Assembly: GCA_034723395.1 (NCBI GenBank)
Contig: JAYEOW010000050.1
Span: forward strand, 1 to 57,626
DNA length: 57,626 bases
Reading direction: 5' to 3'
Origin: Candidatus Margulisiibacteriota bacterium
Lineage (GTDB): Bacteria > Margulisbacteria > WOR-1 > O2-12-FULL-45-9
A program made the translations under genes and the position numbers. A model generated the notes under the pieces. That model had not been told where the DNA came from and did not search any database. It saw only the letters and a program-made list of their open reading frames with translations. Numbering within the stretch: the stretch's first letter is position 1; each line of letters opens with the position of its first letter. Of this stretch, positions 36,782 to 45,678 are shown in pieces.

Positions 36782-37839
36782 AAAATTACCAAATTGTCCC
36801 GGTGGACTGCTTCTCCTACTCCTTTATTACCAATTAATTTAGCTAGTTCATCAGAAGATATCTCAACCAATCCACGTGCGAGCTCTTTGTTGCTTTCATC
36901 AATAATAGAAACTAAAGCCCCGGATTTGAATTTCCCCTTGATAAATTGAATTCCAACCGGTAGCAGGCTGGTCCCTTTCTTCATTAGCGCCGATTCCGCG
37001 CCGGAGTCGATCGTTAACGTCCCTTCAACCGGGAGGCCGTGTGCCAGCCACCGTTTACGGCTGTCCATCCTAAGTGGTTTTGGAGTAAAAATAGTCCCAA
37101 CCGGCTTACCTTTTAAAAGTTTCCTGATTAGCCCGTCTTTTTTCCCATGGACAATCGCCATATGGATCCCGGCATCACTGCAAATTTTAGCCGCTTGCAG
37201 TTTGGTGATCATTCCGCCGGTCCCAAGCTGGGTTGACGGGCGTCCGGCGGCATTTTCCACGTTGCCGTTAATCTCTTTTATCTCGGAAGCCAGGTAGGAG
37301 ACCCCTTCTTCGTTCTCCATATAAAAACCGTCAACATCGGTCAAGAGGACCAGTATATCTGCTCCGACCAGGCTGGCGGTAAGGGCGGCTAAATTATCAT
37401 TATCCCCGATCGTGATCTCGTCAATCGCAACCGTATCGTTTTCGTTAACGATCGGAACAACCTTTTCACCAAAGAGGGTATCGAAGGTATGGCGCGCGTT
37501 TAAATAGCGGTCCCGGTTAGCGATCGCGTCACGGGTTAAAAGAAGTTGAGCAACGGTTATATCGTGGGCTTCAAACGCTTTTTCGTACTGGCGCATCAGG
37601 CGTGATTGGCCGACTGCGGCTGCCGCCTGTTTTTGCGGGATCGTCTTTGGTTTGCCCAATCCTAATCTCTCCGCGCCGCAAACGATCGACCCGGAGGTTA
37701 CGATAACAACCTTCTTTTTTTGATTAATCAGCTCTGCGGCTTCAGCGACGACCCTTTTAAGGTTTTTCAGGTCCAGCTTTCCCTTGGGGTTTGTAAGCGA
37801 GGAACTCCCGATTTTGATGACAATCGTTTTGTAGGCCAT
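36778..37839 (-). CDS. proB: Glutamate 5-kinase with PUA domain
   Basis: KIGSS, NENDTV, GDND, GTGGM.TK, HRDNLV. Confidence 0.97.
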   Translation of the reverse strand: MAYKTIVIKIGSSSLTNPKGKLDLKNLKRVVAEAAELINQKKKVVIVTSGSIVCGAERLGLGKPKTIPQKQAAAAVGQSRLMRQYEKAFEAHDITVAQLLLTRDAIANRDRYLNARHTFDTLFGEKVVPIVNENDTVAIDEITIGDNDNLAALTASLVGADILVLLTDVDGFYMENEEGVSYLASEIKEINGNVENAAGRPSTQLGTGGMITKLQAAKICSDAGIHMAIVHGKKDGLIRKLLKGKPVGTIFTPKPLRMDSRKRWLAHGLPVEGTLTIDSGAESALMKKGTSLLPVGIQFIKGKFKSGALVSIIDESNKELARGLVEISSDELAKLIGNKGVGEAVHRDNLVIL

Positions 37840-37840
37840 G

Positions 37841-38083
37841 TTATGCAGGCTGGACGCTTACCCGTTTCCCTGGTTCAAAAACGACTCTTCCGCTAGCCAG
37901 GGCGAAAAGGGTGTGGTCGTTGCCGATCCCGACATTTTGTCCGGGGTAAAATTTGGTCCCGCGCTGGCGAATGATGATTGAGCCGGCAGAAATAACTTGT
38001 CCGCCAAAGGACTTAACGCCCAAGCGCTGGCCTACTGAATCTCTTCCGTTTTTTGACGCCCCTCCCGCCTTTTTATGAGCCAT
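37841..38083 (-). CDS. rpmA: 50S ribosomal protein L27
   Basis: MAHKKAGG...NGRDS...RLGVK. Confidence 0.98.
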   Translation of the reverse strand: MAHKKAGGASKNGRDSVGQRLGVKSFGGQVISAGSIIIRQRGTKFYPGQNVGIGNDHTLFALASGRVVFEPGKRVSVQPA

Positions 38084-38384
38084 GTTTGACTTCCTCGATT
38101 TCTACCCTGGTATAGGGCTGTCTGTGCCCAATAGTGCGGTGATAATTGGTCTTGTTTTTATATTTGAAAGTAGTGACTTTTTTATCTTTCCTGTCGCCGA
38201 GGATCTTTGCCGAAACCTTTGCCCCCTTAACATATGGGGCGCCGATCTCAACTTTTCCGTCATCGGCTAGAAAAAGGACCTTATCAAAGGTTACGTGGCG
38301 TTTTGCTTCGATCAGCTCGACGTCCAAAAGGTCTCCTTTGTTCACCTTGTATTGTTTTCCGCCAGTTTCAATAATCGCGTACAT
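38073..38384 (-). CDS. rplU: 50S ribosomal protein L21
   Basis: [14 protein letters not shown]...GHRQPYT; start moved to 38384. Confidence 0.97.
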   Translation of the reverse strand: MYAIIETGGKQYKVNKGDLLDVELIEAKRHVTFDKVLFLADDGKVEIGAPYVKGAKVSAKILGDRKDKKVTTFKYKNKTNYHRTIGHRQPYTRVEIEEVKHGS

Positions 38385-38394
38385 GACTCTGGTA

Positions 38395-38694
38395 TTATAC
38401 CAGAAAAGCTTCAAGGATTTCAATACCCCGGGGGAGCTCCTTGTTAAGCTTTGCCATAACTTCATGTGGTTTGATATTCTCTTCGAATTGGACCACTGCG
38501 CGCTCATCCATTGATGAGCGCCCGACTTTAAGCGCGTTTCCCCAGGATATCCGCATATGGGGATTAAACCCTTGTGAGTAGACAACCGGCAGGTCGGCGC
38601 GGCGGATTGCCCGCTGGAAGACCTGCATTAGGTTTCGATGCGAGATAAACTTTACCTCGTCACCTTTAGTATATTTAATTTTTATCCGCTTCAC
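38395..38694 (-). CDS. Radical SAM-linked protein (TIGR03936/DUF2344-like), short form
   Basis: FISH..L...RA.RRA.LP..YSQGFNPH; GTG start 38694. Confidence 0.8.
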   Translation of the reverse strand: MKRIKIKYTKGDEVKFISHRNLMQVFQRAIRRADLPVVYSQGFNPHMRISWGNALKVGRSSMDERAVVQFEENIKPHEVMAKLNKELPRGIEILEAFLV

Positions 38695-40327
38695 GCCGCA
38701 ATATCTCCTTTGGTACTCCGGTATTAATAAAATCCCAGGGCAGGGGTTCTTCGATTCTTCGAGCTTTAAGATAATTGTTGGGATTAATGCCGGTCTCTGT
38801 AAAAGCTTTTTGCCAGATATCAAATTTAATATGCTCGTACCAGGCGTCGAGCCGGGCTCCGAGCTGCCACGCCTTCTCGATAACCTTCGAAAGTTTTTGG
38901 TCTCCCCGCGAAAAAACGCCTTCAAGATAGCTCGATTCGGCCTGGTGCCAGCGGACCTTGGCCCCTTTTTTGTTTTTAAGGATGCTTTTTATCAGGTTTT
39001 GTTTATTAACCGTTTCCTCGATCGAAATTTGTTTTTCCCATTGGAACGGGGTGTGCGGTTTTGGAATAAAGGTCGATAAATTAACCGTTACTTTAGCCCT
39101 TCCTGTCCGCGCCCGTCCGATGCCAAGTATTTTTTGGGCGAGTTCGCAGATCCCTGCGACATCTTCGTCGGTTTCGGTCGGCAGTCCGAGCATAAAGTAG
39201 AGCTTGATCGATTCGATCCCCTCGGAAAATGCGGCATTTACCCCATTTATTATATCTTCTTCGGTCATCTTTTTCCCGATAACATCTCTAAGCCTTTGGG
39301 TCCCCGCCTCGGGAGCGACTGTAATTCCAGACGGCCTTACCCGGGAGATCTCCTTGGCCAGTTTTACCGAAAATGTGTTCGTTCGCATTGAGGGGAGGGC
39401 GATGTTTACCCGTTTTTTTTCATATTTTTGTGCCAAGGTTTTTGCCAGCTCGTCGATCCTGCGGTAGTCAGAGGTTGAGAGGGAGACCAGTGAAAGTTCC
39501 TGGTGTCCGGTGTTTTTTATCAGCTTGTCGGCGAGCTCGATTACTTTTTCCATTTTCTTTTCCCTGACCGGGCGGTTGGTCCAGCCCGCCTGGCAGAATT
39601 TGCATCCCCACTTGCAGCCGCGCATGATCTCAATCACCGCGCGGTCGTGGACCGCTTCAATGAAAGGGATGATCGGTTTTTCGGGGTAGGGAAGATTCGT
39701 AATATCTTTTTCGTATGCTTTTGTGACCTTATTGTGCAGGGATGGAACATAAACTCCGGGAATTTTTGCCAATTCTTCTAAATTCCTATTTTTTACTTTT
39801 TTCAGAATTTCTACAATTGCAGTTTCGCCTTCGCCGATCACAAAAAAATCAATGAAGTCTTCGATCGGGGTTGGATTAAAGGTGCACGGTCCGCCGGCCA
39901 TCACCAGCGGATCACTATCTTTCCGGTCTTTGCTCCAGGGGGGGATCCCGCCGAGTTTTAGCATGTTATAAATATTTGTGTAAGTGAGTTCGTGCCCAAT
40001 GCCAAATCCTACCAAATCAAATTCGGACAAGGGCTTAAATGATTCGAGTGTCGTAAGTTGTAAGTTGTTAGTAATTAGTTGTTCCTCCATGTCCGGCCAG
40101 GGAGCGAAGGCCCGTTCGGCCAGGGCATATTCCTGCTGGTTGATGATCTGGTAAAGGATCTGGATGCCGAGATTAGACATCCCGATCTCATAAGTGTCGG
40201 GATAGGAGAGCGCGACTTTTAGATCGATTTTGTCCCAATCTTTGTGGGCCGCGTTCAGCTCGTTTCCTATATAGCGCGCCGGTTTCAGCACGTTGGGCAA
40301 GATCTTTTCTTCGAAGGCTTTTTTCAT
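38675..40327 (-). CDS. B12-binding radical SAM protein (TIGR03960-like)
   Basis: KPARY.G.E, YEIGMSNLG, RGCKWGCKFCQAG (CxxxCxxC). Confidence 0.9.
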   Translation of the reverse strand: MKKAFEEKILPNVLKPARYIGNELNAAHKDWDKIDLKVALSYPDTYEIGMSNLGIQILYQIINQQEYALAERAFAPWPDMEEQLITNNLQLTTLESFKPLSEFDLVGFGIGHELTYTNIYNMLKLGGIPPWSKDRKDSDPLVMAGGPCTFNPTPIEDFIDFFVIGEGETAIVEILKKVKNRNLEELAKIPGVYVPSLHNKVTKAYEKDITNLPYPEKPIIPFIEAVHDRAVIEIMRGCKWGCKFCQAGWTNRPVREKKMEKVIELADKLIKNTGHQELSLVSLSTSDYRRIDELAKTLAQKYEKKRVNIALPSMRTNTFSVKLAKEISRVRPSGITVAPEAGTQRLRDVIGKKMTEEDIINGVNAAFSEGIESIKLYFMLGLPTETDEDVAGICELAQKILGIGRARTGRAKVTVNLSTFIPKPHTPFQWEKQISIEETVNKQNLIKSILKNKKGAKVRWHQAESSYLEGVFSRGDQKLSKVIEKAWQLGARLDAWYEHIKFDIWQKAFTETGINPNNYLKARRIEEPLPWDFINTGVPKEILRREADKN

Positions 40328-40377
40328 AATTGAATTATAGCACATGTATGTTATAATCCGCAGAGCAGGGGGTTAAA

Positions 40378-41214
40378 ATGAAGAAAAGTATAATAATTTT
40401 ATCTTTGATTATCTTATTCTCGGGGATTGCGACAGCCCAATTTGGCGCTCCGGAACGGCTGGAGCAAGCTACTTACGGTAAATTAACCGTTTATTCCGAT
40501 GTTTTAGGATCGGATATTTATGTGGATGCCAAGTTTATCGGTCAGGACCGCGCGTCGGTCACTAATATCCCTACCGGGAAACATTATGTGCGCGTAGTAA
40601 AAGACAAAAAAACGATCCAAAGCGGAATTGTCAGGGTTCAAGCGGGAGAAGAGACCGTAATTGTAGCAAAGAGCAGGGAAGATCAGCTTGAAGCGAGACA
40701 GAAGAAGCCGAATTATGTCCTGTTCTTTGGCGGATTGACCGATCTCGGTTATAATGCGACGGTGGCGGGGGGGACCATAACTTATAATTATTTACCCCAG
40801 CTTGGATTTGGGGCGGAAGTTGAATTTGCCGTGCCTAATTTCGATCTTAGGGCTGATGTCGGATTCGTTCAGAATTATCCATCTAAAATAACTACCAATA
40901 CCGGGGACGCTTTTATGGCCATATCTTCCCCTTATCTAAATTTAAGCAAGAATTTGATTAAAACTACCACCTTTAAAATAAATGCGGGGGGCGGAGTAAA
41001 CTACGCGATATTCTCACCCGGCTACCAGACCCTAATTACGGTTTCCAGTAAAATCGGCTATCAGGTATTTATCGAAGCGGTGAGATCGAGCGGAGAAAAC
41101 CGAAAACTTGTATTCCGGATCGGGTACGCTTCGTATAACGGCTTAAGCGCTGATCCGGCGGATATTAACACCTCGGGGATATATGCCAGAGGCGGGGTAG
41201 GATACCAGCTCTAA
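40378..41214 (+). CDS. PEGA-domain protein with probable C-terminal outer-membrane beta-barrel
   Basis: Signal peptide; G.LTV.S...G.DIYVD...G PEGA pattern; terminal strand GGVGYQL. Confidence 0.7.
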   Translation: MKKSIIILSLIILFSGIATAQFGAPERLEQATYGKLTVYSDVLGSDIYVDAKFIGQDRASVTNIPTGKHYVRVVKDKKTIQSGIVRVQAGEETVIVAKSREDQLEARQKKPNYVLFFGGLTDLGYNATVAGGTITYNYLPQLGFGAEVEFAVPNFDLRADVGFVQNYPSKITTNTGDAFMAISSPYLNLSKNLIKTTTFKINAGGGVNYAIFSPGYQTLITVSSKIGYQVFIEAVRSSGENRKLVFRIGYASYNGLSADPADINTSGIYARGGVGYQL

Positions 41215-41219
41215 GCCGG

Positions 41220-43520
41220 TTATTTAACTACCAGGTTTACCAGTTTACTGGGTACGTAGACCTCTTTTACGATACTTTTTCCGCCAGTGAAGTTTTGGAC
41301 TTTTTCTGATCTTTTTGCAGCAACCAGTATTGTTTCCTTTTCGGCCCCGACTGGAACTTTAATTGTATCCCTTAGCCTTCCGTTTACTTGAACAGGAATT
41401 GTAAGCTCGTCTTCAGTTACTAATTTTGGGTCGTATTTTGGCCACGGTTCGAGGTGGATACTTTTTTTATTCCCAAGCGCGCTCCATAGCTCTTCGGCAA
41501 TATGCGGGGCGAAGGGCGCGAGCAGGATCAGTAATGCTTTTAAAGAGTTAGTATCTATATTCTCTTTTTTATTTAACTCATTTACAAATTCCATAAGGCG
41601 AGCAATAGCTGTATTAAAAGAAAACTTCTCGAGGTCTTCAGTTACCGATTTTATTGTTTTATGGAGGATTTTTAATAGTTCATTATTATTCATTAATTCG
41701 TCATTCGTCATTAGGCATTCGGCATTTTCTCCAACGAGCCTCCAAACACGATTCAAGAAACGGAACGATCCCTCAACTCCCTTGTCCGACCATTCGAGTT
41801 CCCGTTCCGGAGGCGAAGCGAAAAGGACAAAGAGGCGGGCGGTGTCGGCCCCGTAATTTCCGATAATATGGTCCGGATCGACCACATTCCCCTTGGACTT
41901 GCTCATCTTAGCGCCGTCTTTAATGACCATCCCTTGAGTAAGCAGGTTTTTAAATGGTTCATCAACTGGAACTAGTTTTTGGTCATATAAAACTTTGGTA
42001 ACGAAGCGGGAGTAGAGGAGATGGAGGATGGCGTGCTCGATCCCTCCGATATACTGGTCGACCGGCATAAAGCGATCGACCTTATCTTTGGCAAACGCCT
42101 CTTTTTTATTCTTTGCGTCGCAATATCTTAGGTAATACCAGGATGAGCAAATGAATGTATCCATCGTGTCGGTTTCACGGCGTGCTTTTTCTTTGCACTT
42201 TGGACACCTAACTTCGGTAAATTCTTTAATCGAAGCGAGCGGCGAAGCTCCCTCTCCGGTGAATTTAACGTTCTTGGGAAGTTTTACCGGAAGATCTTTT
42301 TCGGGTACGGGAACGATCCCGCATTTTTCACAGTAGACCATCGGGATCGGCGCTCCCCAATACCTTTGCCGGGAGATCAGCCAATCGCGCAGTTTGTATT
42401 TTATCTTCTGCTCTCCAATATTGCCCGTGTAAGGTTCCGCCTCTTTAATTGGTAGGTTGTTTTGTTTGGCAAACTCAAAATCACGCTGGTCGTGGGCAGG
42501 GACCGCCATGATGGCCCCGGTCCCATATTCCATTAAGACGTAATCGGATATCCAGATCGGGACCTCCTCGTTGTTGGCAGGATTTACGGCATAAGCGCCA
42601 GTGAATACCCCTTCTTTGTTCGAACTCTCTTCACGTTCATGAAGCGTTTCATGTTTTACCTTTTCTTTGAACGCTTTAACATCTTTTTCGTATTTAGTCC
42701 CATTAGTTAGTTCGCCAACCAGGGGATGTTCTGGAGCTAAGACCATGTAGGTTACGCCAAATAGCGTATCTGGTCGAGTAGTATATACTTTTAAGACGCG
42801 GGACGGGGGACGTGGGACGGTGAAGTCGATCTCGACGCCGCGGGATTTCCCGATCCAATTCCTCTGCATTGTTTTTACCGATTCCGGCCACCCTTTTAGC
42901 TTTTCAATATCCTGCAGCAGCCTTTCGGAATAGTCGGTGATCTTAAAGAACCACTGTTCCAGCGGCTTTTCTTCGACTGCCGAATCGCAGCGCCAGCATT
43001 TTCCATTTTTAGCTTGCTCGTTTGCCAGGACGGTCTGGCATTTCGGGCACCAGTTGATCTTTGCTTCCTTGCGATAAGCTAGTCCCTTCTCATAGAACTT
43101 GAGAAAAAGCCACTGGGTCCATTTATAGTAATCCTCTTTACAGGTGGTGACTTCACGCGACCAGTCGTAGCTGATCCCCATCCTTTTTAACTGTTTGGTC
43201 ATCCGCTCAATGCATTTCGCGGTCCAGTCCGCGGGGTGGGTCCTGTTTTTGATTGCCGCGTTCTCGGCCGGCATCCCAAAGGCGTCCCATCCGATCGGCT
43301 GCAGGACTTCGAAGCCGTTCATCCGTTTAAAGCGGGCGATCACATCACCGATCGCATAGTTGCGGACATGCCCCATATGGAGGTTGCCGGAGGGGTAGGG
43401 GAACATTGCCAGGTCGTAATACTTTGGCTTATCTGACCTATCCGAGGTTTCGTATAATTTATCTTTTTCCCAAACCTTTTGCCATTTGGGCTCGATTTGT
43501 TGTGGAGTATATTCGGCCAT
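41220..43520 (-). CDS. leuS: Leucine--tRNA ligase
   Basis: [33 protein letters not shown]. Confidence 0.97.
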   Translation of the reverse strand: MAEYTPQQIEPKWQKVWEKDKLYETSDRSDKPKYYDLAMFPYPSGNLHMGHVRNYAIGDVIARFKRMNGFEVLQPIGWDAFGMPAENAAIKNRTHPADWTAKCIERMTKQLKRMGISYDWSREVTTCKEDYYKWTQWLFLKFYEKGLAYRKEAKINWCPKCQTVLANEQAKNGKCWRCDSAVEEKPLEQWFFKITDYSERLLQDIEKLKGWPESVKTMQRNWIGKSRGVEIDFTVPRPPSRVLKVYTTRPDTLFGVTYMVLAPEHPLVGELTNGTKYEKDVKAFKEKVKHETLHEREESSNKEGVFTGAYAVNPANNEEVPIWISDYVLMEYGTGAIMAVPAHDQRDFEFAKQNNLPIKEAEPYTGNIGEQKIKYKLRDWLISRQRYWGAPIPMVYCEKCGIVPVPEKDLPVKLPKNVKFTGEGASPLASIKEFTEVRCPKCKEKARRETDTMDTFICSSWYYLRYCDAKNKKEAFAKDKVDRFMPVDQYIGGIEHAILHLLYSRFVTKVLYDQKLVPVDEPFKNLLTQGMVIKDGAKMSKSKGNVVDPDHIIGNYGADTARLFVLFASPPERELEWSDKGVEGSFRFLNRVWRLVGENAECLMTNDELMNNNELLKILHKTIKSVTEDLEKFSFNTAIARLMEFVNELNKKENIDTNSLKALLILLAPFAPHIAEELWSALGNKKSIHLEPWPKYDPKLVTEDELTIPVQVNGRLRDTIKVPVGAEKETILVAAKRSEKVQNFTGGKSIVKEVYVPSKLVNLVVK

Positions 43521-43641
43521 GGTTTTAAATTTTAGCATATTTTAGTGAAATTATCTGCAAAAATGGGCGATAAACAATTGTCATGGTACAAGTCCACAAC
43601 CGCTTGGGCCGGGCAATATCCCCTGGGATGCCAATGCTGGC

Positions 43642-45678
43642 ATGCAGCGATTGCGCAATCAGTTGATTTTAATGACGGCGGAAGGGGAGGGGAGAGGGAC
43701 AAACTGGAACGCAGAATGGGGAGAGCCTCCTGAAGAGTGGGAAATGGCACGGGTGGAAACGCTTCCGTTTTATAAGTTGCCAGGCCCATCCATTACAAAA
43801 CTACTTTCTGTTTTCCAAATGTTTTGTGCTATTGAAAGCATGTTTGGCATGGTACTAAAAGAACCACTGGGACGAGCGCTTTTGAGTATGGATCAAAAAA
43901 GGATTGTTCAAATATCAGAAGGGATTTCGGATGGGACAAGAGCTTGGTTAAAAAATGGAAGAATAATTGATCTGGCTCGTGCGGAAAAACCTTCTGCTCC
44001 TTCTGTTTCTCTGGCTGCGCATGAGTGGAAAGATGCTTGGGGCAAAGAACCAAATGATAGTATGCAGTCTTTTGCAAAAAGAAGTTTTGACCAGACCAGT
44101 TTTTGGGGTAGAACTTATTCACGAACTGCCTGGGAAGCTTTTCGCGCGGAAGTAGGCGAGAGCAATGGCGAGAGCCTAAAATCTTTGTGGCATGAAAATC
44201 CAGATTTAGCCGGCATGATTTTGCGCAGCGCCAAGTTCCATGGTGAAACAGAAAAGCTTTTAAGGTCGCTCACGGATGCGCATATTGCTTTTATTCTCGA
44301 TACCCAACTCAGCCGCTTTAGTGAGTTTAAGGGCCCGCTTGCTCCGCGTTTTATGGAGATTGATGGTTGTTCGCTTATGAAAATCGTGGCGCTTTTTCCC
44401 GCAGAGCGCACGGCAAATATTTTAAATCTTATATCTGTTGAAACCAGGGCCGCTATTTTTAATCAAGGTTATCATATGGCTGCCAACGAAAGAACTTATG
44501 TTTGCCGGCTTTTAAGTCGAGAACTGTTTTTATTAAACGAATTTGCCCAAAAATTAGCACAAATTCTTGCTCCTGTGCTTTTAGCTTCTGGTATAAAAGA
44601 TATGAAGGGTGTAAAAGATGGATCAACAGTCGCCAAAATTGTCATTGTTGATGCATCGCTGCGCGCACAAGATTGGGGGATCCCGCTTGCGCAAATGCCC
44701 GCTGCGTCAAGACTTTTAAAGGGATTTAATGGTAAATGGGTGGCTTTAGAAGTAAAAGATGGAGTTGCCTCTTTGCGCAGAGCAACTGAAGACGAAGTTC
44801 AAAGCGCGCGAGCAGGCCATGGATTGATTTCAGTTGGGCAAATTATTAAGGATAAAGCTAATATTATTGTTGATCATGCGGATATCCTCCAAGGCCCGGG
44901 CAGAGTAGGTAGAAAAACATATAATCTGGCCAGGCTGGCAGAAATAGTAGATGTTCCGCCTTTTGTTGGGGGGACGGCTGGCGCTGTGCATCGCTATTAT
45001 AAGGCGAACGGGTTGTATAAAAGGATTCCGGGGATTTTATCCGGTAAAGAGCCTTTGAACAAAAGGCTTATGGAAATAAGAAAGTTGATTTCCAAGGGGG
45101 TGATGCCGAAAGGGATGCTGCCGGATTTTGCCGGAGTAGATCTTGGGACCGAGACCATAATTGTTCGATCGAGCAATCTGCTGGAGGATCTGCCGCAGTT
45201 TATGGCCGCAGGGATATATCATTCTCCAGTTGGGAAAAAATCTGAAATGGGCGATCTATTGAGAGGGGCCTGGGCCTCTTATTGGAGTGAAGCGGCCTAT
45301 GCCGGCCGCGAAAAGTTTGGTATAGATCATATGTCACAGCTTCCGGCAGTCGCGGTCCAGGCTTTTATCAAAGGGGAGATTTCCGGGACGATGATCGTGG
45401 GAAAAAACAGGGTGATCATCAATGCGGTCCCGGGGTTGAATGAAGGATTTACTTCCGGGAAGGTCGCGCCAAATGTTTATGAATATGTGAATTCAGCTGG
45501 AGTAATTGAGCAGAAGTCCGCAGTCCATTCTCTGAAAGTGCCGGTTGATGCGCTGGCAAAATTGGGCCAGAAGATATACGGGATCGAAGATTCTGAACAT
45601 ATTGATGTTGAATATACGATCGCAAATGGGAGAATCTTTATTCTCCAATCCAGGCCGTATACAGGGACAATCCGTTAA
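43642..45678 (+). CDS. Protein with C-terminal PEP/pyruvate-binding (PPDK-N ATP-grasp) domain and unknown N-terminus
   Basis: VGRK..NL, VRSS...EDL....AG.Y.S, VQ.FI, DVE......FILQSRP; no phospho-His domain seen. Confidence 0.75.
   Translation: MQRLRNQLILMTAEGEGRGTNWNAEWGEPPEEWEMARVETLPFYKLPGPSITKLLSVFQMFCAIESMFGMVLKEPLGRALLSMDQKRIVQISEGISDGTRAWLKNGRIIDLARAEKPSAPSVSLAAHEWKDAWGKEPNDSMQSFAKRSFDQTSFWGRTYSRTAWEAFRAEVGESNGESLKSLWHENPDLAGMILRSAKFHGETEKLLRSLTDAHIAFILDTQLSRFSEFKGPLAPRFMEIDGCSLMKIVALFPAERTANILNLISVETRAAIFNQGYHMAANERTYVCRLLSRELFLLNEFAQKLAQILAPVLLASGIKDMKGVKDGSTVAKIVIVDASLRAQDWGIPLAQMPAASRLLKGFNGKWVALEVKDGVASLRRATEDEVQSARAGHGLISVGQIIKDKANIIVDHADILQGPGRVGRKTYNLARLAEIVDVPPFVGGTAGAVHRYYKANGLYKRIPGILSGKEPLNKRLMEIRKLISKGVMPKGMLPDFAGVDLGTETIIVRSSNLLEDLPQFMAAGIYHSPVGKKSEMGDLLRGAWASYWSEAAYAGREKFGIDHMSQLPAVAVQAFIKGEISGTMIVGKNRVIINAVPGLNEGFTSGKVAPNVYEYVNSAGVIEQKSAVHSLKVPVDALAKLGQKIYGIEDSEHIDVEYTIANGRIFILQSRPYTGTIR

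Noticed and set aside
37841..38384. Missing prp between rplU and rpmA
   Set aside because: L27 starts MAHKK with no cleavable extension, so absence is expected
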